From Malacoraja senta (lineage: Eukaryota), in NCBI GenBank assembly GCA_038087875.1, contig JAXLNO010000214.1:1-64000 (forward strand): a stretch of 64,000 bases of DNA, written 5' to 3'. Shown here one piece after another: positions 48,646 through 59,935 of the stretch; position 1 is the stretch's first letter, and the number at the start of each line of letters is the position of its first letter. The notes under the pieces are model-generated. The model did no database searches and was not told where the DNA came from. It worked only from the letters and a program-made list of their open reading frames with translations. The translations under genes were made by a program, and so were the position numbers.

Positions 48646-51600
48646 CAAGTAGTGCAGGAATCCCCTGAGGTCATCTCCCTCCTAAACAGATATACCATTT
48701 TGGATACTGTTGGGAGAGATGGTTCATCAGGGGAAGGCAGCAGCAGCCAAGTTCATGGCACCATGGGTGGCTCTGTGGCACAGGAGGGGAGGAAAAATAG
48801 TGGAAGGGCTATAGTAATAGGGGATTCAATTGTAAGGGGATAGATAGGCATTTCTGCGGCTGCAAACGAGACTCCAGGATGGTATGTTGCCTGCATGGTG
48901 CAAGGGTCAGGGATGTCCCGAGTGGCTGCAGAACATTCTGGAGGGGGAGGGTGAACAGCCAGTCAACGTGGTGTACATTGGCGCCAACGATATAGGTAAA
49001 AAACGGGATGAGGTCCAACAAGGCGAATTTAGGGAGCTAGGAGATAAACTTAAAAGTAGGACCTCAAAGGTAATACTCTCTGGATTACTACCAGTGCCAC
49101 GTGCTAGTAAGAGTAGAAATAGGAGGATATTGCTGATGAATACGTGGCTTGAAAAATGGTGCAAGGGGGGAGGGATTCAAATTTCTAGGACATTGGAGCC
49201 AGTTCTGGGGGAGGTGGGACCAGTACAAACAGGACGGTCTGCACCTGGGCTGGAATGGAACAAATGTCCTTGGGGGAGTGTTTGCTATTGCTGTCGGTGA
49301 GGATTTAAAATAATGTGGCAGGGGGATGGGAGCATAAGCAGAGAGACAGGAGGGGTGTAAAATGAGGATAGAAGCAATAGCTAGCAAGGTGAAAAGTAAA
49401 AGTGGCAGGCAGAAAAATCCAGGGCAAAATTCAAAAAGGGCCATTTTTCAACATAATTGTATAAGGGGTAAGAGTGTTGTAAAAACAAAACTGAAGGCTT
49501 TGTGTCTCAATGCAAGGGGCATTCGTAATAAGGTGGATGAGTTGAATGTGCAGAAAGTTATTAATGAATATGATATAGTTGGGATCACGGAGACATGGCT
49601 CCAGGATGAACAAGGCTGGGAGCTGAACATCCAGGGATATTCAATATTCAGGAGGGATAGACAGAAAGGAAAAGGAGGTGGGGTCGCGTTGCTGGGTAGA
49701 GAGGAGATTAACGCAATAGAAAGGAAGAACATTAGCTTGGAGGATGTGTAATCGATATGGGTAGAGCTGCGAAACACTAAGGGGCATAAAACGCTAGTGG
49801 GTGTTGTCTACAGGCCACCTAACAGTAGGAGTGGAGTTGGGGGTGGCATCAAACAGGAAATTAGAAATGCATGCAACAAAGGTAAAACAGTTATAATGGG
49901 TGACTTCAAACTACATATAGATTGGGTGAATCAAATTGGCAGGGGTGCTGAGGAAGAGGATTTCTTGGAATGTATGCGGGATAGCTTTCGAAACCAACAT
50001 GTAGAGGAACCAACGAGAGAGCAGGCTATTCTAGACTGGGTATTGAGTGATGAGGAAGGGTTAGTTAGCAGTCTTGTTGTGCGTGGCCCCTTGGGCAACA
50101 GTGACCATAATATGGTTGAGTTTTTCATTAGGATGGAGAGTGACATTGTTAATTCAAAAACAAGGGTTCTGAACTTAAAGAAAGGTAACTTTGAGGGTAT
50201 GAGACATGAATTGGCCAAGATAGACTGCCAAGTGATTCTTAAAGGATTGATGGTGGATATGCAATGGAAGGCGTTTAAAGACTGCATGGATGAACTACAA
50301 CAATTGTTCATCCCACTTTGGCAAAATAATAAATCAGGGAAGGTAGCGCATCCGTGTATAACAAGGGAAGTCAGGGATAGTATCAAAACAAAAGATGAAG
50401 CATACAAATTAGCCAGATAAAGCAGCCTACCAGAGGACTGGAAGAAATTCAGAGTCCAGCAGAGGAGGACAAAGAGCTTAATTAGGAAAGGGGAAATAGA
50501 TTATGAAAGAAAACTGGCAGGGAACATAAAAACTAACTGCACAATTTTGTATAGATATGTGAAGAGAAAAAGATTAGTTAAAACAAATGTAGGTCACTTG
50601 CAGTCAGAAACTGGTGAATTGATCATGGGGAACAAGGACATGGCAGACCATTTGAATAACTACTTTGGTTCTGTCTTCACTAAGGAAGACATAAATAATC
50701 TGCCGGAAATAGCAGGGGCCGGGGGTCAAATGAGATGGAGGAACTGAGTGAAATCCAGGTTAGCCGGGATTGGGTGAATTGGGTGTTAGGTAAATTGAAT
50801 GGATTAAAGGCCGATAAATCCACCGGGCCAAATTGGCTGCATCCCAGAGTACTTAAGGAAGTAGCCCCAGAAATAGTGGATGCATGAGTGATAATTTTTC
50901 AAAACTCTTTAGATTCTGGAGTAGTTCATGAGGATTGGAGCGTAGCTAATGTAACCCCACTTTTTAAAAAGGGAGGGAGAGAGTAAATGGGAAATTACTG
51001 TCCAGTTAGTCTAACATCGGTAGTGGGGAAAATGGTAGAGTCAGTTATTAAAATTTGATACCAGCACATTTGGAAAGTGATGAAATCTTTGGACAAATTC
51101 AGCATAGATTTACGAAAGGTAAATCATGTCTGACGAATCATATAGAATTTTTTCGAGGATGTAACTAGTAGAGTGGATAAGGGAGAACCAGTGGATGTGT
51201 GATATCTGGATTTTCAGAAGGCTTTCGACAGGGCCCCACATAAGAGATTAGTATGCAAACTTAAAGCACACGGTATTGGGGGTTCAGTATTGATGTGGAT
51301 AGAGAAATGGCTGGCAGACAGGAAGCAAAGAGTAGCAGTAAACGGGTCATTTTCAGAATGGCAGGTAGTGACTAGTGAGGTACCGCAAGGCTCAGTGCTG
51401 GGACCCCAGCTATTTACAATATATATTAATGATTTAGACGAGGGAATTGAATGCAACTTCTCCAAGTTTGCGGATGACACGAAGCTGGGGAGCAGTGTTA
51501 GCTGTGAGGAGGATGCTAGGAGGCTTCAAGGTGACTTGGATATGTTGGGTGAGATGGCAAATGCATGGCAGATGCAGTATAATGTGGATAAATGTGAGGT

Positions 51601-52395
51601 TATCCACTTTGGTGGGAAAAACAGGAAAGTAGACTATTATCTGAATGGTGGCCGATTACGAAAAGGGGAGATGCAACGAGTCCTGTGTGTCATGGTACAC
51701 CAGTCATTGAAAGTAGGCATGCAGGTGCAGCAGGCAGTGAAGAAATCGAATGGTATGTTAGCATTCATAGCAAAAGGATTTGAGTATAGGAGCAGGGAGG
51801 TTCTACTGCAGTTGTACAGGGTCTTGGTGACAGCACACCTGGAGTATTGCGTACAGTTTTGGTCTCCTAATCTGAGGAAAGACATTCTTGCCATAGAGAG
51901 AGTACAGAGAAGGCCAGCAGACTGATTCCTGGGATGGCAGGACTTTCATATGAGGAAAGACTGGATAGACTCGGCTTGTACTCGCTAGAATTTAGAAGAT
52001 TGAGGGGGGATCTTATAGAAACTTACAAAATTCTTAAGCGGTTGGACAGGCTAGATGCAGGAAGATTGTTCCCGATGTTCAGGATCTCCAGAACAAGAGG
52101 TCACAGTTTAAGGATAAGGGGGAAGTCTTTTAGGACCGAGATGAGAAAATCATGTTTCACACAGAGAGTGGTGAATCTGTGGAATTCTCTGCCACAGAAG
52201 GTAGTTGAAGCCAGTTCATTGGCTATATTTAAGAGGGAGTTAGATGTGGCCCTTGTGGCTAAAGGGATCAGGGGGTATGGAGAGAAGGCAGGTACAGGAT
52301 ACTGAGTTGGATGATCAGCAAAGATCATATTGAATGGCGGAGCAGGCTCGAAGGGCCGAATGGCCTACTCCTGCACCTATTTTTCATGTTTCTAA
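48642..52395 (+). mobile_element. CR1 LINE, near full length (SGNH-esterase ORF1 + EN-RT ORF2), dead
   Basis: VIGDSIVRG, YIGANDIG, SGLLPVPRAS, DGLHL; CLNARGIRNK, GITETWL, VYRPPN, GDF, SDHN, FADDTKL; in-frame stops. Confidence 0.95.
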
Positions 52396-52615
52396 GTACT
52401 ACCCCAAAGAGTGTCACTCCGTCAGCACTATGTGAGAATGTATCATTACATGAGTATGTGTCTCTCTATCAGTTCTACAACACAATGTGTCAGTTCTACA
52501 TCATCACTACCCCACAGCGTGTCATTCCATAGGTACTAGCACAAAGTATCATTATTTCAGTGCTACCCCACAGCATGTCATTACATCAGTACTAGCCGCA
52601 CTGTGTCATTCCATA

Positions 52616-53100
52616 CAAGGCTAATTCCCGGGATGGCGGGACTCTCATATGCTGAGAGAATGGAGCAGCTGGGCTTGTGCACTCTGGAGTTTAGAAGGAT
52701 GAGAGGTTATCTCATTTAAACATTTAAGATTGTTAAGGGCTTGGACACGCTAGAGGCCGGAAACATGTTCCCGATGTTCGGGAGTCCAGAACCAGGGGCC
52801 ACACACAGTTTAAGAATAAGGAGTAAGCCATTTAGAACGGAGACGAGGAAACACTTTTTCTCACAGAGAGTGGTGAGTCTGTGGAATTCTCTGCCACAGA
52901 GGGCGGTGGAGGCAGGTTCTATGGATGCTTTCAAGAGAGAGCTAGATAGGGCTCTGAAAAATAGCGGAGTCAGGGGATATGGGGAGAAGGCAGGATCGGG
53001 GTACTGATTGGGGATGATCAGCCATGTTCACATTGAGTGGCGGTGCTGGCTGGAAGGGCCGAATGGCCCACTCCTGCACCTATTGATTATTGACTATGGT
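52616..53100 (+). mobile_element. CR1 3' fragment inserted into degenerate minisatellite
   Basis: TRLIPGMAGLSY...FFSQRVVSLWNSLPQ; inverted copy at ~59940-60415. Confidence 0.9.
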
Positions 53101-54020
53101 CTGTCACGACAACCCCACAGTGAGTCATTCCAATAGTACTTCACCACGGTGTGTCACTCCATCAGTACTATTTCAGGGTGTCATTCCAGCGGTGCTGCCC
53201 CACAGTGTCACTTCGATCAGTACTACCCACATAATGTCAGTCCATCTGTACTACCCCACAGTGTCCCTCCATCAGTACCACCACAGTGTGTCCCTCCATC
53301 AGTACCTTCAGTGTGTATCTCCATCAGTACCACCACAGTGTGCCCCTCCATCAGTACCACCACAGTGTGTATCTCCATCAGTACCACCACAGTGTGTATA
53401 TCCATCAGTACGACCACAGTGTGTCCCTCCATCAGTACCTTCAGTGTGTATCTCCATCAGTACCACCACAGTGTGTATCTCCATCAGTACCACCACAGTG
53501 TGTCCCTCCATCAGTACCACCACAGTGTGTCCCTCCATCAGTACCTTCAGTGTGTATCTCCATCAGTACCACCACAGTGTGTATCTCTATCAGTACGACC
53601 ACAGTGTGTCCCTCCGTCAGTACCTTCAGTGTGTATCTCCATCAGTACTACCACAGTGTGTATCTCCATCAGTACCACCACAGTGTGTCCCTCCATCAGT
53701 ACCACCACAGTGTGTCCCTCCATCAGTACCTTCAGTGTGTATCTCCATCAGTACCACCACAGTGTGCCCCTCCATCAGTACCACCACAGTGTGTCCCTCC
53801 ATCAGTACCACCACAGTGTGTATCTCCATCAGTACCTTCAGTGTGTATTTCCATCTGTACCACCACAGTGTATCCCTCCATCAGTACCTTCAGTGTGTAT
53901 CTTCATCAGTACCACCACAGTGTATCCCTCCATCAGTACCACCACAGTCTGTTACTGCGTCCGTTCTGCCCCGTTTTTATCCCTCCATGAGTACTATCCC
54001 ACTGTGTGTCACTCCATCAG
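53100..54020 (+). repeat. 27-bp minisatellite (ccatcagtaccaccacagtgtgtccct) with 25-bp variant; degenerate older copies at 52396-52615
   Basis: About 26 near-perfect units at ~53268-53950. Confidence 0.95.
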
Positions 54021-54811
54021 TGGACAGAGAGAGGGCAGCCCAGAGAGTGGGAATAGAGACCGTAGGAGAGCGAGTAAACCGGTCAGAGAGTGTGACAGCA
54101 GTAAGGATGGAGGGAGAGAGAAAGAGAGGGGGGAGACCCTGCATGATTCGCCGTTTTATTTACGTTTAGGACAATTCTGAGGCAGCAACATTTCTGTTCT
54201 CTGAGTGTCATGAAACTGTCAGCGGGAGTGTGGGGTTGAGGTCACAGTCAGTCAGTCAAGGCGCGATCATATTGAGTGGTGAAGCAGAGTGGAGGGGGCG
54301 GCATTTTAGTGTGAGGTGATGTGTTGAACTAATTCCTCAACCTGTGGACAAAGGTCGCCCAGTCCAGTCCACCTTCAAACTGGGCACCAGAAGCCCTGAG
54401 AGGGGCCCTGGAATTTGGCATTGCCTTGCTGAGTGAAACGGATTGAAGGAAATCAGACAAACAACATGAGGTGGAGATTGGATCTGATGGAGTTTGAAAC
54501 AATATCCCCTTTGCTGGAACAATGCCGTCGCTCCCAATTTCCATTCCTCAGTATCTATCGCCGCAATTCCCAGTGATTGGAGTTTCTCAAACAATTCCCT
54601 GAATAAATCACAACCTGTCTCAGCAGGGATTTCACTTGGCTGATGTCATCTGTTTGTGAATCATTTCTAAATCTCTATTTTAAACTCTGTTGACACTTCA
54701 CTGTCCCGGTGGAGACGGAAAATGGTATAACATCTCCAGGAATGTTCTGCCCCAGCATTTCATTCCGAGACATTACCGGTAGCTCACGGGGACACGTCGC
54801 TGGGCAGAGAA

Positions 54812-54887
54812 ATGGGGGGAAAGCTGCGGGAATATTTCGACGTGGAGAAAATCCTGTACGTGATCATTGCTGCCGTTGGAGTCCCTG
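54812..54887 (+). CDS. Exon 1 of class A GPCR (GPR139/GPR142-like), copy A
   Basis: ATG...MGGKLREYFDVEKILYVIIAAVGVP-g|gtgag; phase-1 donor splices in frame to the acceptor at 57204. Confidence 0.8.
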
Positions 54888-55555
54888 GTGAGCAGAACAA
54901 TTCAAGTTTTATAACTCCATCCGTGTGTTAACTGGTGTTGGCCTGATTCTCATTATGTTACAAGTTCCCAACTGATGATCGTTGTACAAGAATATGTGAA
55001 GAATATCAATCCTCTCAGTGAAATATTTGTCAATTAACGCTGTGCTTTTTCTTATTTTCAGACAGCTGAAACTAACCCTCTTTTTCTCTCACTGCTGCCG
55101 GCCGGGAGCCACTAGAATGTTCTTCTTGCCTTCAGTGGGACCTTGCCCAGGGTTGTCCCAGTGCTCGGGACAGGCAGGCAGGCAGTTCTCCGGAACGGTG
55201 TGACTGGGAGAGAGGGGTTCATATTGTGAAGTTCACTGTGTCTGAGTTACTGATCAGAGTGAACAGTCGCTCCTGTGGACACTGTGTCTCACTGTGGAGT
55301 CTGTCTGTCACAGTCGAATTCCACCCACAGCCTGTTGGTCAATAATTTGATCGATCTCCTGAACCAGTGGCCGCGGAGCTACCAGCGTGTGTGTGTTGTT
55401 ACTTCACCTGCACCATCTTGAGTCTGCTGAGATTAGCCGCCGTATGTCTAAACTAACCCGACTAACTCCCCCCTGTCTCTGTGCTTTGGTACATATATGC
55501 CACACCGTCCATACATGGGGATAATAGGTTGCATTCCTGGCACCGTCTGGATTTC

Positions 55556-55752
55556 GTGTGTGGGAAAGAGCTGCAGATGCTGTTATAAATCGAAGATAGA
55601 CACAAAGTGCTGGAGTAACTCAGCGGGAACGGGCAGCATCTCTGGAGAGAAGGAATGGGTGACGTTTCGGATTCAGACCCTTCTTCAGTCCCATTTCTTC
55701 TCTCCAGAGATGCTGCCTGTCCCGCTGAGTTACTCCGCTTTCTGCGTCGACC
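55556..55752. mobile_element. Foldback Penelope-pLTR-derived mini-element in the GPCR intron
   Basis: Inverted arms gtaactcagcggg..ggcagcatctctggagagaagg / cttctctccagagatgctgcc..cccgctgagttac around a hammerhead-like core. Confidence 0.7.
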
Positions 55753-56190
55753 GTCTGGACCAGAAGGGGTGGACTCTCATTTGCAACAATTGGCCTCTGC
55801 TTCAGGAGGGAAGTGTGAAGGGCACCTTGTGTGGGGAGGGAGAGAAAGAGGAATATCAGGGATGATTGGATATGGCGGCCATTGTAGTGCGTTCTTTCCC
55901 CAGCTTTACCTTTACTTTTGGAAAGGAGATGAGGAGCAATTTCTTTAGACAGAGGGTGGTGAATCTGTGCCAATTCATTGCGGCAGACGGGGGTGGAGGT
56001 CGTCAATGGATAGTTTTAAGGCGGAGAGTGATAGATTCTTGATTAGTGCGGGTGTCGGGGGATTACGGGGAGAAGGCAAGAGAATAGGGTTGAGAGGGAA
56101 AGATATATCGGCCATGATTGAATGGCGGAGTAGACATGATGGGCCGAATGGCCCACTTCTGCTCCTACGAGCTGCACTCTTGTGTAAAGT

Positions 56191-56387
56191 GTTTAAACTG
56201 CAGATGCTGGAAAATCGAAGGTAGACAAAAGTGCTGGAGAAAATAAGCGGGTGAGGCAGCATCAATGGAGCGAAGGAAATAGGTAACTATTTCCAGTCTG
56301 AAGAATGGTATCGGCCCGAAACGTTACATGTTTCCTTCGTTCCATAGATGCTGCCTCACCCGCTGAGTTTCTCCAGCACTTTTGTCT
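56191..56387. mobile_element. Foldback Penelope-pLTR-derived mini-element with 15-bp TSD
   Basis: actcttgtgtaaagt at 56176-56190 and 56388-56402; ~65-bp inverted arms; central ctgaagaa...ccgaaacgt. Confidence 0.8.
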
Positions 56388-57204
56388 ACTCTTGTGTAAA
56401 GTCCTTTCTGAATAATTTCCCTTATCTGTGCTAACCTGGTTCTGGAAGGGCTAAGTGGGGATAATGCAATAGATGAAGTAGTTTGCATCAAGAAGCCATT
56501 GGGATAACCTCAGTGGAAGCTTGCGAGTGTTGAGTGGTGAGTGTGGCATTCTCTGTCTCAGATCTCTGGATGCTTTCAAAATAGAGTAGATAGGGCTCTT
56601 AAAGATAGAGGAGTCAGGGGGTATGGGGAGAAGGCAGGAACGGGGTACTGATTGGGGATGATCAGCCATGATCACATTGAATGGCGATGCTGGCTCGAAG
56701 GGCCAAATGGACTCCTCCTGCACCTGTTGTCTACTGAACTCACTGTGGAATGAATCCATTAACGGAGCCGCTCTGTTGCCGGATTCCATGTTGTCACTGC
56801 CTTCCCTCTGGAAGCCTCACCGTCCCCATCAGATGCCGATTTCCCAGAGCCCTAGTTAAACGCGGCCGGCCGCTCACGGTTATGTCTGTGAAAGCGGTCC
56901 CATCACAGACTGTGAGCAGCAGCAGGGTTCACTAAAGAAAGGACCATTACGCCTATTGTAACGGGTGGGTGGCTACTCGTTCCCTCCCCGCCTTTTACCC
57001 CGCCCGACCGTCGCTTTATCTCTTCTCCCCTGAAGCAGGCAGGCAGGTCGGGCACAGTCGCAGCCGGTTCTGACATTGTTAAACTTGCAGCAGCTGCGCA
57101 CCGACTCCAACACTCCTGATCTTGAGCTGAAAGTCGAGCCGGTGTTCAGCCCCGGAGACCGTGTTGAGTAAATGCCCAGTGTCCGTTCCCTTGTCTTTCC
57201 GCAG

Positions 57205-57526
57205 TGAATTTAGTAGCGATTGTGATCCTGTCCCGGGGAAAGTGCGGCCTCTCCACCTGCACCACTCGCTACCTGGTGGCCATGGCAGCGGCTGATCTAC
57301 TGGTCCTCATTACCGAGGTCATTTTGTATCGGATCCGATATCATTACTTTTATTGGAGTTTCCTGTCCATCACCCCTGTGTGCAGTTAACTATGTACAGA
57401 AGTCCGCAGCTACAGACTGTTCTGTCTGGTTCACCGTCACTTTCACCTTTGATCGCTTTGTCGCCATTTGTTGCCAGAAGCTGAAAACTAAATATTGCAG
57501 CGGGAAAACTGCGGCTGTGGTTCTGG
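57205..57526 (+). pseudogene. Exon 2 of GPR139/GPR142-like GPCR, copy A (TM1 end to TM4 start); frameshift at ~57387; runs into gap
   Basis: ttgtctttccgcag| (V)NLVAIVILSRGKCGLSTCTTRYLVAMAAADLLVLITEVIL...TPVCS* then, in the shifted frame, NYVQKSAATDCSVWFTVTFTFDRFVAICCQKLKTKYCSGKTAAVVL (TM2 AxxDL, TM3 DRF at 57451-57459). Confidence 0.85.
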
Positions 57527-57726
57527 NNNNNNNNNNNNNNNNNNNNNNNNNNNNNNNNNNNNNNNNNNNNNNNNNNNNNNNNNNNNNNNNNNNNNNNNNN
57601 NNNNNNNNNNNNNNNNNNNNNNNNNNNNNNNNNNNNNNNNNNNNNNNNNNNNNNNNNNNNNNNNNNNNNNNNNNNNNNNNNNNNNNNNNNNNNNNNNNNN
57701 NNNNNNNNNNNNNNNNNNNNNNNNNN
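57527..57726. other. Assembly gap (200 N, true size unknown)
   Basis: Run of exactly 200 n. Confidence 0.99.
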
Positions 57727-58465
57727 CAACAGGCGCAATGGTCCTTTCTATAGTTAACCCTGCTGCTGCTCACAGTCTGTGATGGGGCCAGTATCACTGA
57801 TTTAAACGTGACCGGCCGCGATTACCCAGGGCTCTGGGAACTCGGCATCTGATGGGCACGAGGAGGGAGGCTTCTAGAGGGAAGGCTGGGACAACTTAGA
57901 ATCCGGCAGCAGCAGAGTGGCTCCGTTAATGGATTCATTCCACAGTGAGTTCAGTTCAGTAACAACACACACACACACACCGGTAGATCCGCGGCCACTG
58001 GTCCAGGAGATCGATCCAATTATTCACCAGCTGGCGGTGAAATCCGACTGTGACAGACTCTACAGAGAGACACAGTGTCCATAGGAGTGAGCGGCCGTTC
58101 AATTTGATCAATAACTCAGACACAGTGAAGTTCACATTGTGAACCCCTCTCTCCCAGTCACTCCGTCTCGGAGAGCTGTCTGCCTATCCCGAGCATTGGG
58201 ACAACTATGGGCAAGGTGCCACTGATGGCAAGAACAACATTCTAGTGGCTCTCGGCAGCAGTGGGTGAAAAAGAGGCTTAGTTTCAGCTCTCTGAAAATA
58301 AGAAAAATCTCAGCGTTAATTCAGAAATATTTCACTGAGTGGATTGATATTCTTCACATATTCTTGTACAACGATCATCAGTTGGGAACTTGTAATATGA
58401 TCAGAATCAGGTCAACACCAGTTAACACACGGAGTTATAAAACTTGAATTGTTCGGCTCACTTAC

Positions 58466-58538
58466 CAGGGACTCCAACGGCAGCAATGATCGCGTACAAG
58501 ATTTTCTCCACGTCGAAATATTTCTCCTTATACCCCAT
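58466..58538 (-). CDS. Exon 1 of GPR139/GPR142-like GPCR, copy B
   Basis: MGYKEKYFDVEKILYAIIAAVGVP-g|gtaag; intron 57727-58465 homologous to the copy A intron. Confidence 0.8.
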
Positions 58539-59324
58539 TTCTCTGCCCAGCGCAGTTTCCACGTGAGCTACCGGTAATGTCTCGCAATGAAATGCTGATG
58601 CACACACAACATTCCTGGAGATTTTATACCATTTTACGTCTCCACCGGGACAGTTAAGTTTCAACAGAGTTTTAAAATAGAGATTTTGAAATTATTCGCA
58701 AACAGATGACATCAGCCGAGTGAAATCCCTGTTGAGACTGGCTATGATCTATTCACGGAATTGATTGAGAAACTCCAAAGACTTGGAATTGTGCCGATAG
58801 ACACCGAGGGATGGAAATTGGGAGCGGCGGCATTGTTCCAGCAAAGGGGATATTGTTTCAAACTCCATCAGATCCAACTCTCCACCTCATGTTGTTTGTC
58901 TGATTTCCTTCAATCCGTTTCACTCAGCAAGGCAATGCCAAATTCCAGGGACCCTCTCAGGGCTTCTGGTGCCCACTTTGAAGGTGGACTGGACTGGGCG
59001 ACGTTTGTCCACAAGTTGAGGAATTAGTTCAACACATCACCTCAGACTAAAATGCCGCCCCCTCCACTCTGCTTCACCACTCAATATGATCGCGCCTTGA
59101 CTGACTGACTGTGACCTCAACCCCACACTCCCGCTGACAGTTTCATGACACTCAGAGAACAGAAATGTTGCTGCCTCAGAATTGTCCTAAACCTAAATAA
59201 AACGGCGAATCATGCAGGGTATCCCCCCCTCTCTTTCTCTCTCCATCCTTACTGCTGTCACTCTCTCTGACCGGTTTACTCGCTCTCCTACGGTCTCTAT
59301 TCCCACTCTCTGGGCTGCCCTCTC

Positions 59325-59935
59325 TCCGTCCACTGATGGAGTGACACACAGTGGGATAGTACTGATGGAGGGATAAAATGGGGCAGAACGGACGCAGTAA
59401 CAGACTGTGGTGGTACTGATGGAGGGATACACTGTGGTGGTACTGATGGAGGGACACACTGTGGTGGTACTGATGGAGGGACACACTGTGGTGGTACTGA
59501 TGGAGATACACACTGAAGGTACTGATGGAGGGACACACTATGGTGGTACTGATGGAGGGACACACTGTGGTGGTACTGATGGAGGGATACACTGTGGTGG
59601 TACTGATGGAGGGACACACTGTTGTGGTACTGATGGAGGGACACACTGTGGTGGTACTGATGGAGGGATACACTGTGGTGGTACTGATGGAGGGACACAC
59701 TGTGGTGGTACAGATGGAGATACACACTGAAGGTACTGATGGAGTGACACACTGTAGCGGTACTGATGGAGGGACACACTGTGGGGTAGTACAGATGGAC
59801 TGACATTATGTGGGTAGTACTGATCGAAGTGACACTGTGGGGCAGCACCGCTGGAATGACACCCTGAAATAGTACTGATGGAGTGACACACCGTGGTGAA
59901 GTACTATTGGAATGACTCACTGTGGGGTTGTCGTG
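59325..59935 (-). repeat. Inverted copy of the 27-bp minisatellite (shorter, ~14 core units)
   Basis: gtactgatggagggacacactgtggtg repeats at ~59403-59790. Confidence 0.95.

Noticed and set aside
53268..53950. Possible CRISPR-like array
   Set aside because: Head-to-tail repeats with no unique spacers, no cas genes, vertebrate context.
53090..54180. Cys/His/Pro-rich repetitive ORFs in several frames (and 59176-59989)
   Set aside because: Translation of a 27/25-bp minisatellite; open in multiple frames and on both strands, and unit number differs between arms.
54329..54594. Minus-strand ORF shared by both arms (also 58761-59027)
   Set aside because: Similarity is explained by the duplication; a 1-bp indel shifts the frame between copies and no family is recognisable.
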